From Desulfobulbus propionicus DSM 2032 (lineage in GTDB: Bacteria; Desulfobacterota; Desulfobulbia; Desulfobulbales; Desulfobulbaceae), in NCBI RefSeq assembly GCF_000186885.1, contig NC_014972.1:480001-512000 (forward strand): DNA of 32,000 nt, given 5' to 3'. Positions within the stretch are counted from its first letter, which is position 1. Each line of letters starts with the position of its first letter. This document shows positions 1 to 7,024 of the stretch, in pieces. The notes under the pieces are model-generated. The model saw only the letters and a list, made by a program, of their open reading frames with translations, was not told where the DNA came from and made no database searches. The translations under genes were made by a program, and so were the position numbers.

Positions 1-95
1 CTGGTTGAGTTGGCTGGCGCCGGCCGCGGGCTTCAACCCCGTCGGGCCGCCTGTGCAAGGGCGGCCGTTTGGTTCGATTCCAAAACCAGTCTCCA
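1..95 (+). tRNA. selC: tRNA-Sec (anticodon UCA), 5' end cut off by the window edge
   Basis: Anticodon loop CTTCAAC (31-37, TCA at 33-35) is closed by GCGGG/CCCGT. The 6-bp D stem GTTGGC/GCCGGC (9-14/19-24) with a 4-nt loop is a tRNA-Sec hallmark. Long variable arm GGCCGCC-N8-GGCGGCC (45-66). T arm TTTGG-TTCGATT-CCAAA (68-84). The 3' acceptor strand ACCAGTCTCC (85-94) pairs with the window-initial CTGGT. CCA is not encoded and the exact 3' end is uncertain. Confidence 0.65.
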
Positions 96-354
96 GCATA
101 AGGAAACCACGGGAAAAAGCACCGGAAGGGCGGGTGGAGACAAGGAGTGGGAGGGCCGGATGGGGTGAGATTCGCGGGATGGCGCGATTGTGCTGACACT
201 CCGTCCCCGCCCCGGAATCCATGGGCGGTTTGAGGCGTTGTCTACCGATGGCGCTTGAACCCGCTCCCAGGGAACGGATGCATGCGGAGCATGGCGAGGT
301 TCCCGGCGCGGGGTGTCACCTGGAAGCGGATCGCCTGCTCCATCGTCGACACGG

Positions 355-1275
355 TCAATCCGTGCGGGAGGCCCCGCCTTCCCGCTCCGCTTGTGTCCGC
401 AGATGCTTGACAAAGGCAGAAGCGGCGGGGTGAAGCGCTTTGTTTTTGCGGGTGACGAGAGAAAAGGGGCGTTCGCCCGAAACATCCTTCACGGAAAGGG
501 CGACCAGCGAGCCGCGCTCCAACTCCGCCCGCACGGACCGGCGCGAGAGCATCGAAATTCCCACTCCGGCCTTGACCGCCTCCTTGACCGCCTCATTGGA
601 GCCGAATTGCGCCACCTCCCGCAGGTCGGACTCCTTGTATCCCTTGTTTTCGAGAATGTGGGCGATATTCTTCCGGGTCCCCGAGCCTTGCTCCCTGAGA
701 ACAAAGGGCTGGGCCAGCAACTCGCTGACAGGAATCGGTTGTCGGTCGATCAGGGCGCTGCCCGGCTGGGTGATCAGAACAAGGGTGTCGTGAAAAAGCG
801 CCTGCCATTCGAGACCGCGCTCGTTCCAAATTCCCCCGACCAAGCCAAGGTCATATTCGCCATCAAGCACTTTTTTCGCGATGGCCCGTGAGCCGCTGAC
901 ATGCACGATGGTTTTGATTTGCGGATACTGCTGGTGAAACATGCCGACGATTGCGGGGAGAATATAGGTTCCGGGAATACTGCTGGCACCGATGAGCAAA
1001 TTGCCGACAAACTGCCCGCTATAGTGAACAATGGCCTCCACGGCCTCCTGCTGCAGGCGGAGCATTCGGGTGGCATAGCTGTACAGAAGCTGTCCGACCG
1101 GGGTTGGTTCCACCTCCCGGCCAAGGCGATCGACCAATTTTTGGCCGAGTTCCTCCTCGAGATTCCGGATATGATCGCTCACCGTCGGTTGCGAAAGCTG
1201 CACCGCCTGAGCGGCCTTGGTAAAACTTCGCAGCTCGACGACCTTGCAAAATGCGTCAAGTTTTCGGATGTCCAT
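355..1275 (-). CDS. LysR-family transcriptional regulator
   Basis: 306-aa ORF with N-terminal winged HTH MDIRKLDAFCKVVELRSFTKAAQAVQLSQPTVSDHIRNLEEELG and a C-terminal LysR-type substrate-binding region. It is convergent with the tRNA-Sec. Confidence 0.85.
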   Translation of the reverse strand: MDIRKLDAFCKVVELRSFTKAAQAVQLSQPTVSDHIRNLEEELGQKLVDRLGREVEPTPVGQLLYSYATRMLRLQQEAVEAIVHYSGQFVGNLLIGASSIPGTYILPAIVGMFHQQYPQIKTIVHVSGSRAIAKKVLDGEYDLGLVGGIWNERGLEWQALFHDTLVLITQPGSALIDRQPIPVSELLAQPFVLREQGSGTRKNIAHILENKGYKESDLREVAQFGSNEAVKEAVKAGVGISMLSRRSVRAELERGSLVALSVKDVSGERPFSLVTRKNKALHPAASAFVKHLRTQAEREGGASRTD

Positions 1276-1470
1276 TTCTGTTATCGATCATCAGAGGGGT
1301 CAGATTTGTGACCGTTTGGGGCCGCCCGCCTGCCGGGTGCCGCCGCAACCGGCCGCCGGGGCGTGCAGCTCGGGCTGTCCTTGACCTGTTCGGGGGCAGT
1401 GCCACAATCGCTCCCAGGGAAAGAAAAGAACCGTCCCACACGGTCACGGCAAGAGCGTTCTCCTTCTTTC

Positions 1471-3039
1471 TCAGCGTCCCGTACCCTTTTTTCGTATGCC
1501 CAGTCTGGTCGCCAGATTGTGCAGATTGCTCCTGTTCATGCCCAGTTCCCGGGCCGCTGCGGCCCAATTCCCTTGGTTTCTTTCCAGAGTTTCTTTGATG
1601 AGTCGAATCTCGTAGGCCTTGACCACAGCCTTCAGGGAGATCCCCTGGCGCCCGATGGCCAGAACTGGTTCGAGGGCACTCCGGGTCAAGGGAGCCTGCA
1701 CGTTGAGGTCGCCGCTGACAAAGGCCGGGGTGACCGTCACCTCCTTGCCGCCGAGTTGCGTGGCGGACGCCTTGAGCACGGATCGGGAAATGACGTTGTC
1801 CAATTCGCGAACATTGCCTGGCCAGGCGTAGCGCGTCAGCAGGTCCAGCGCCTCCTCGCTGATCCGCACCTGATGCAGGCCCAGATTGATTCGCGCTTTT
1901 TCGGCAAAAAAATCAGCGAGCAGGGGAACGTCCTCGCGCCGTTCCCTCAGAGGCGCCACGTTGATGGGGTAGACATTCAAGCGGTGATAGAGATCGGCTC
2001 GAAAGGTGCCGGCGGCCACCTCCTGCTCGAGATCCCGGTTGGTGGCGGTGATCAAGCGGACATCGACGTGCTGAATCTTTTCGGAACCAACCCGCTGAAT
2101 TTCGCCCTCCTGGATCGTTCTGAGCAGCTTGGCCTGCACGTCGAGCGGCAGTTCGCCGATTTCGTCGAGAAAAAGCGTCCCCCCATCCGCCAGGGCAAAC
2201 TTTCCGGTCCTGTCCGAGACCGCTCCGGTGAATGCGCCCTTGACATGGCCAAAGAGCTCGCTTTCGGCAAGGGCAGTGGGCAGGGCGGCGCAATTCAGGT
2301 AGAGCATCGGCTTGTCCCGGCGGCGGGAATGGTTGTGCACCGATCTGGCGACCAGCTCTTTGCCGACGCCCGTCTCTCCGAGAATCAGGATGGTGAAATC
2401 GGATTTGGCGACAAGTTCGATCTCCTGCCGCAAGCGTTTGATGTGCGCGCTGGCGCCAAGAATCTCGTGGCCCCTCTGTTGCTGGATGTCGCGCATCAGG
2501 TCAGAGGCCAGCAAGCCTTGCCGTTCCGCTTCCTTTTCCAGGGCGCTGAACAGTTCGACCGTCTGGATCTGGGCGCTGGTCAACGAGGCGATGACCTGGA
2601 CGTACTGTTTGGGGAGGTGCCTGAACGCCGTGGAGTCAATGGCATCAAACACCAGCACGCCGACCAATTGCTCGCGCATCAGCAGCGGACAGCCGAGGCA
2701 GGCATGAATGTGGTGGACGGATTCCAGGTCGATATCCAGCAGTCCGTCAAACGGATCCGGGAGTTTGCTGTCGCTGGAGAACAACGTCGGTTGACTGGAT
2801 CCGCAGATGATGTCCAGCCGTGGGTGATCCTTGCGCCGGAAAACCCTGGCCATGGCCTTTGGTTTCAATCCCTTCGCGGCAATGGGGGCCAAGGTGTCGT
2901 TTTCGAGCCGGAGCAGGGCGGCGGAATCGTAGGGGATGGCAAGATGGAGCGCTTCCAGCAGCCTTTGGTAACGATCCTCGGCACCCAAGACCGCGGTCAG
3001 GTCATGGGCGATGATTGAAAGCGTTTCCAGCAGTTTCAT
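1471..3039 (-). CDS. norR: Sigma-54-dependent transcriptional activator, GAF-AAA+-HTH, NorR-like (nitric oxide responsive)
   Basis: The ORF is open to 3075; the preferred ATG is at 3037-3039 ([14 protein letters not shown]). The N-terminal GAF-like region resembles E. coli NorR by eye ([35 protein letters not shown]). AAA+ sigma-54 interaction domain ([23 protein letters not shown]). C-terminal Fis-type HTH ([24 protein letters not shown]). Confidence 0.8.
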   Translation of the reverse strand: MKLLETLSIIAHDLTAVLGAEDRYQRLLEALHLAIPYDSAALLRLENDTLAPIAAKGLKPKAMARVFRRKDHPRLDIICGSSQPTLFSSDSKLPDPFDGLLDIDLESVHHIHACLGCPLLMREQLVGVLVFDAIDSTAFRHLPKQYVQVIASLTSAQIQTVELFSALEKEAERQGLLASDLMRDIQQQRGHEILGASAHIKRLRQEIELVAKSDFTILILGETGVGKELVARSVHNHSRRRDKPMLYLNCAALPTALAESELFGHVKGAFTGAVSDRTGKFALADGGTLFLDEIGELPLDVQAKLLRTIQEGEIQRVGSEKIQHVDVRLITATNRDLEQEVAAGTFRADLYHRLNVYPINVAPLRERREDVPLLADFFAEKARINLGLHQVRISEEALDLLTRYAWPGNVRELDNVISRSVLKASATQLGGKEVTVTPAFVSGDLNVQAPLTRSALEPVLAIGRQGISLKAVVKAYEIRLIKETLERNQGNWAAAARELGMNRSNLHNLATRLGIRKKGTGR

Positions 3040-3139
3040 GTTTTTAAAAATACAACAATGTATACATGGGTACAACGATTAAATGTTGCGATTATAAAAA
3101 CAATTTAGATAACATTTTGATATGTAAATATATTATTAC

Positions 3140-3155
3140 TGGCACGCTCGTTGCT
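3140..3155 (+). promoter_or_regulatory. Sigma-54 (-24/-12) promoter of the cupin-DUF438-ferredoxin operon
   Basis: TGGCAC-GCTCG-TTGCT exactly matches the TGGCAC-N5-TTGCW consensus. It lies 67 nt upstream of the cupin ATG, in the AT-rich region divergent from the NorR-like activator gene. Confidence 0.8.
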
Positions 3156-3221
3156 ATAAATAAGGAAACGGCGTTCATTCACGCCTCGGAACAACGACCA
3201 CCAAGAGACAAGGAAACAGCC

Positions 3222-3542
3222 ATGAAGACCATACAACTCGATACCACCAACGAATTCAGTGCGGGGGCCATGAAACGGTTTTTTCTCGTTGAAGATTCCC
3301 CCTTTTTCAAAATCATCAACTTCAATCTCGATGCGGGCGTCACCTTTCCGGTACACGCGCACGACCTGGACGGCGATCTGTCCATCCTCGTCTTGGCAGG
3401 CGAAGGGTATTTTCTGGATGGCGAAGGGCAAAAAATCCCGGCCAAGGCCGGAGACCTGCTTATCTCGCAGATCCGCGAACCGCACGGGGTCGAGGCGACC
3501 ACCAAAATGCGGCTGCTGGTCACCATCGCGCCGCCGATTTGA
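3222..3542 (+). CDS. Cupin domain protein
   Basis: The ORF track opens at 3066, but the ATG at 3222 is preceded by AGGAAACAGCC and lies downstream of the sigma-54 promoter. 106 aa with a cupin_2-like core (FPVHAHDLDGDLSILVLAGEGYF ... GDLLISQIREPHGVEA). Confidence 0.75.
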   Translation: MKTIQLDTTNEFSAGAMKRFFLVEDSPFFKIINFNLDAGVTFPVHAHDLDGDLSILVLAGEGYFLDGEGQKIPAKAGDLLISQIREPHGVEATTKMRLLVTIAPPI

Positions 3543-3625
3543 CGAGCAGGTCCATAAGGCAAGAGACATCGATCATCCGCAAACAACAACAGTTATTGCC
3601 CACGCGCACGTACCCAGAGGTTGCC

Positions 3626-5095
3626 ATGTTACTGACCAAAGACACGACCATCTATACCTTGTCGCAAGAATATCCTTTTTTGATCAATGCGTTGGCCGAG
3701 CACAACAAAACCTTTGAAAAGCTGAAAAATCCGATGCTTCGCCAGACCATTGGACGGATGGCCACCATCGAAAAGGCCGCGTCCATGGGGAACGAGGGCG
3801 TTCTCGAACTGATGCTCTTTATCGCCGGCACGATCATGGCGACCACCGGCACGCCCATCGAACTCTCTCCGCCCGCTGTTCAGGCGTCTGGGGGGGGAAC
3901 GGGTAACCTGTCCAGGGAGCGGCGCTTGACGGCGCTCAAGGAGATTATCCGAGAATTGCACGATGGTGCCGAGCTCTCGCGGTTGCAGAAGAAATTTGCC
4001 CAAACCGTCGGCGACATCAGCCCGGAAGAGATCGCCTCCCTGGAGCAGTCGCTGGTCAATGAGGGGTTGCCGGAATCGGAAATCAAGAAAATGTGCCACC
4101 TGCACGCGGCGTTGTTCCACAACGCGCTGGAGGGGCAAGAGCTGCCGTCCATGCCGCCAGGACATCCCGTGCACACCTATATGGAGGAAAATGCACAGGC
4201 AAGAGCGGTGATCGCCGAAATCAAGCAGGAACTCGACAAGGCCGGCGAGGAAGCGGGGGAAACCGTATGGTCCTTTGTTGTTGGCCATCTCCGCTTGCTC
4301 GCAGAAGAATTGGCGGCAATACAGACCCATTATGTGCGCAAGGAAAATCAACTTTTCCCGCTGCTCGAACAGCACGATCTGGCTGCTCCGGGGAAAGTGA
4401 TGTGGGAAGTGCACGATGACATTCGCCGTCAACTCCGCCATGCCCAAGCGTTGCTGGCTGGCAAGGAACGAATGGCGGCCCGGGCGGCCCTGTTGGACCT
4501 TGTGGCAGCGGTGGAGGACATGATCCATAAGGAAGAGCGCATCCTTTTCCCCATGGCTCTGCAAGTGTTGACCGATGACGATTGGCGGCGCTGCCGGCTG
4601 GGCGAGGAAGAAATCGGATTCGCCTTTGCGGTGACCCCCGGCAGCGAATGGACCGCCGTCGGCACGGTGTCCGCCGCAGCCAATGCGGGGTTGGTCGATC
4701 TGGCCACGGGCCAGCTTTCCCCTGAGGTGGTCGATGCCATGCTCCGTAACCTGCCGGTTGATATCAGTTTTGTCGACGCCGATGACAAGGTCGCTTATTA
4801 TTCGGACAGTAGCCATCGCATTTTTCCCAGAAGCCCCGGCGTCATTGGTCGGGACGTCAAGAACTGTCATCCGCCGAAATCACTGCACATGGTGACCGAG
4901 ATATTGGAGGCGTTCAAGAGAGGGGAACGGAAAAAAGCGGAATTTTGGCTGGAAATTGGCGGGAAATTTATTCATATCCAATATCTGGCGTTGTGGGATG
5001 AGCAAGGCCGGTATCTGGGGTGCCTGGAGGTCGGACAGGATGCCACCCATGTGCGAGCCCTGCAGGGACAGCGCCGTCTGCTGGAGTGGGAATGA
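3626..5095 (+). CDS. DUF1858 / DUF438 / hemerythrin-like / PAS multidomain protein (di-iron, ScdA/YtfE-related architecture)
   Basis: Preferred ATG at 3626 (AGAGG 6 nt upstream). N-terminal DUF1858/ScdA_N-like segment (TIYTLSQEYPFLINALAEHNKTFEKLKNPMLRQTIGRMATIEKAA). DUF438 signature (LKEIIRELHDGAELSRLQKKFAQTVGDISPEEIASLEQSLVNEGLPESEIKKMCHLHAALF). Hemerythrin HHE-type His/Glu pattern (HYVRKENQLFPLLE, WEVHDDIR, MIHKEERILFP). C-terminal PAS-like domain (ISFVDADDKVAYYS ... VIGRDVKNCHPPKS). Confidence 0.8.
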   Translation: MLLTKDTTIYTLSQEYPFLINALAEHNKTFEKLKNPMLRQTIGRMATIEKAASMGNEGVLELMLFIAGTIMATTGTPIELSPPAVQASGGGTGNLSRERRLTALKEIIRELHDGAELSRLQKKFAQTVGDISPEEIASLEQSLVNEGLPESEIKKMCHLHAALFHNALEGQELPSMPPGHPVHTYMEENAQARAVIAEIKQELDKAGEEAGETVWSFVVGHLRLLAEELAAIQTHYVRKENQLFPLLEQHDLAAPGKVMWEVHDDIRRQLRHAQALLAGKERMAARAALLDLVAAVEDMIHKEERILFPMALQVLTDDDWRRCRLGEEEIGFAFAVTPGSEWTAVGTVSAAANAGLVDLATGQLSPEVVDAMLRNLPVDISFVDADDKVAYYSDSSHRIFPRSPGVIGRDVKNCHPPKSLHMVTEILEAFKRGERKKAEFWLEIGGKFIHIQYLALWDEQGRYLGCLEVGQDATHVRALQGQRRLLEWE

Positions 5096-5150
5096 TGGCG
5101 GCGGTCTTCATTCCTGAAAAGACTTAAAACAAATAGATAAGGAGAGCACC

Positions 5151-5342
5151 ATGGCACAGGAAGTACAGATCGATCAGGACGAGTGTTTGGGATGCGAGGC
5201 ATGTGTTGAAATCTGCCCAGCTGTTTTTGCCTTTGATGACTCGAGAGGCAAAGCGTTCGTGAAAAACGATGCCAACGCCGACGAGGAATGCGTCGATGAA
5301 GCCATTGGCTCCTGCCCGGCTGGGTGTATCAGCAAAGAATGA
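5151..5342 (+). CDS. Small [4Fe-4S]/[3Fe-4S] ferredoxin
   Basis: 63 aa with cluster motif CLGCEACVEICP and distal C...CP (CVDEAIGSCPAGC). Strong RBS AAGGAG 7 nt upstream. Confidence 0.85.
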   Translation: MAQEVQIDQDECLGCEACVEICPAVFAFDDSRGKAFVKNDANADEECVDEAIGSCPAGCISKE

Positions 5343-5358
5343 CGCACGATCATGAATC

Positions 5359-5392
5359 GATCTGCCAGTTCCTTTTGGAGAACTGGCAGATC
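5359..5392 (+). terminator. Stem-loop after the ferredoxin gene (putative operon terminator)
   Basis: 13-bp perfect stem GATCTGCCAGTTC / GAACTGGCAGATC (5359-5371 / 5380-5392) with an 8-nt loop, starting 17 nt after the stop codon. Only a weak T tract follows (CGGCTTTTG). Confidence 0.45.
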
Positions 5393-5734
5393 ACTGCGGC
5401 TTTTGTAGCAAAACCAGGAAGATGAGGAACCGAAAATTTTGGAGCCTCCTGGCCTTGTTGTGGGCCATTACCGCTTGTGGCGCTTGCCTTACAAACGGAT
5501 AGGGCAATTTTCCCATCCAGCACAGCGCTCTGGAAACGGGGTAAAAATTCCCAGTGGCCGTAATGACCCCGTTCTGCCTTCTTTGCCAAAGGATCATGGC
5601 AAAGGGGGCGTTGAATGAATCCTCCCTGCTCGTTGGTCACGTTCGCTTACCGACACCCTGCACTGCCTTGTCCTGTCGCAATGTTTTGCCATTGCGCGTC
5701 GATAGTCGAAATTTTTCCGGTTAACTCTCTGTTG

Positions 5735-5750
5735 CGGCACGTTTCATGCT
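5735..5750 (+). promoter_or_regulatory. Candidate sigma-54 promoter upstream of the CBS-rnk genes
   Basis: CGGCAC-GTTTC-ATGCT has the GG and GC dinucleotides at the correct spacing, with one mismatch in each element versus TGGCAC-N5-TTGCW. It lies ~100 nt upstream of the GTG start at 5853. The inverted repeat CGCAATG-N6-CATTGCG at 5677-5696 lies just upstream. Confidence 0.4.
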
Positions 5751-5852
5751 GTCTATTTGAAAAGGTGAAATGGCTTGGGTGCTCGCGATGAGGAGGCATG
5801 TTTTTCCCATTCGAGGCTCAATGGCGAACTCTATTCATACAGGAGGCAAAAT

Positions 5853-6509
5853 GTGGAGAGAGTGAAAATAAAAAAATGGGTCCATCCGGTCGATAAATTT
5901 CCTCGCATTTCACACCGTGCTTCTCTCATGGAAGCCGTGGCTGCCTTAAAAAAGGCAGATGCATATTGCCAGGCAGGCTGTTTTGCACAGAGAATTCTCT
6001 TAGCCTATGACGCGGGGGGGCGCATTGTCGGCAAACTCTCGCCGGTCGATATTGTCGGGGCACTTGCATCCCATTGCGAAAGTTCCAAGGCGAATATCGG
6101 CGGATGGTCGAAGGGCTTGATCGTTACTTTGCTTGAGAAGCTGAAACAGTATCTTTTGCCGGGACGGAAGCCCCTCGCAGAACATTGGCAGAAAGCCCAC
6201 CGAATTAGCATGTCTCCATACATCAAGAGGTACTCTTCCAGCAACATGATCGGAGCCAACGACACCATGGAGGTGGCGTTTCGTCTATTTGTCGCAGGCC
6301 GCCATGACTCGTTGTTCGTTGTGCAAAAAAAAGAAATACACGGCTTGCTCCTGTTCGCAGATGTTTACAAAGAAATCAGCAGGTTCCTGGAGTGCTGCCC
6401 CCTAGCGCAATTGGGTGGCCGCGATAGCGTGCGACTGCCAATCGAGAGAGACTTGTCACCGGTGCCCCGAGGGTTGTCAGCCAGGGCTCCAGCGACTCAA
6501 ACTGTTTAA
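5853..6509 (+). CDS. CBS-pair domain protein
   Basis: The ORF is open from 5775. GTG at 5853 is preceded by AGGAGG at 6-nt spacing. Two CBS-like motifs (ASLMEAVAALKK ... ILLAYDAGGRIVGKLSPVDIV and ANDTMEVAFRLFVAGRHDSLFVVQKKEIHGLLLFADVY). Same architecture as the ORF at 29540-30064. Confidence 0.65.
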   Translation: MERVKIKKWVHPVDKFPRISHRASLMEAVAALKKADAYCQAGCFAQRILLAYDAGGRIVGKLSPVDIVGALASHCESSKANIGGWSKGLIVTLLEKLKQYLLPGRKPLAEHWQKAHRISMSPYIKRYSSSNMIGANDTMEVAFRLFVAGRHDSLFVVQKKEIHGLLLFADVYKEISRFLECCPLAQLGGRDSVRLPIERDLSPVPRGLSARAPATQTV

Positions 6510-6588
6510 CCGCACCGTTGTCGGCCGTTACGGAACAGGTGCCAACATCCCTTTGCCGTCATGTGGCGGCTGTCATGGAGGGGTATCC

Positions 6589-7002
6589 TTGTCGAGCAAA
6601 ACAATTTTTATTACTGAAAAAGACAAAAAACGAATTGAACAACTGCTGCTCTTCTGTGATTGCTTCACGGGACAGGAGAGAAAATATATCCGTAAATTGC
6701 ATTACGATATGAGCCAAGGACATGTGGTCAGCGCCGGGGAAATGCCGTCCAATGTTGTCACCACCCATTCTTGGGTGGTGCTGTGCGATCTTTCCGATGG
6801 CGAGGTGTTTGGCTTGACCCTGGTCTTTCCCGAAGAGGTTGATTCACAAGGGAACAGAGTGTCCATCCTGAGCTCGATTGGAGCTGCGCTTATCGGGCGG
6901 CAAAAGGGGGATACCATAGCCTATTCAACCCCTTCCGGTATCCGCAGATGTCTCATTACGACCATTTGTCAATCGCCAGAACCATGCGTCAAGCCCCCGT
7001 AG
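6589..7002 (+). CDS. rnk: Rnk-like GreA/GreB-family protein (regulator of nucleoside diphosphate kinase)
   Basis: The C-terminal 137 aa of ORF 6415-7002 align by eye with E. coli Rnk (EMPSNVVTTHSWVVLCDLSDGEVFGLTLVFPEE ... VSILSSIGAALIGRQKGDTIAY versus [33 protein letters not shown] ... [22 protein letters not shown]). No ATG is available. TTG at 6589 is preceded by GGAGGGG at 5-nt spacing and gives an Rnk-like length. The start is uncertain. Confidence 0.65.
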   Translation: MSSKTIFITEKDKKRIEQLLLFCDCFTGQERKYIRKLHYDMSQGHVVSAGEMPSNVVTTHSWVVLCDLSDGEVFGLTLVFPEEVDSQGNRVSILSSIGAALIGRQKGDTIAYSTPSGIRRCLITTICQSPEPCVKPP

Positions 7003-7024
7003 AGTTTCGGCTCTAGAAAAGGCG

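Noticed and set aside
1363-3018. 551-aa plus-strand ORF
   Set aside because: It is antisense to the NorR-like gene, whose translation carries unmistakable AAA+ and HTH motifs. The plus-strand product is low-complexity with no recognisable domain.
3040-3139. Search for canonical enterobacterial NorR boxes (GT-N7-AC) upstream of the sigma-54 promoter
   Set aside because: None of the GT dinucleotides in this interval is followed by AC after 7 nt. I therefore do not annotate NorR sites and only report the palindrome and repeats actually present.
3629-4870. 413-aa minus-strand ORF
   Set aside because: It is antisense to the DUF438/hemerythrin gene and has no motifs, so it is an artefact of GC-rich coding sequence.
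5350-5640. 96-aa minus-strand ORF in the region after the ferredoxin gene
   Set aside because: It has no RBS, its 3' end runs through the ferredoxin terminator hairpin, and its composition is unconvincing. It is left unannotated, and the region is flagged instead.
6415-6588. N-terminal 58 codons of ORF 6415-7002 (and similar 5' extensions of ORFs 3066, 3539, 5775, 11805, 26238, 27103, 19158, 19280)
   Set aside because: The extensions overlap upstream genes or promoters, lack RBSs and add non-homologous sequence. Internal starts with SD sequences or stop-start overlaps give family-typical lengths.
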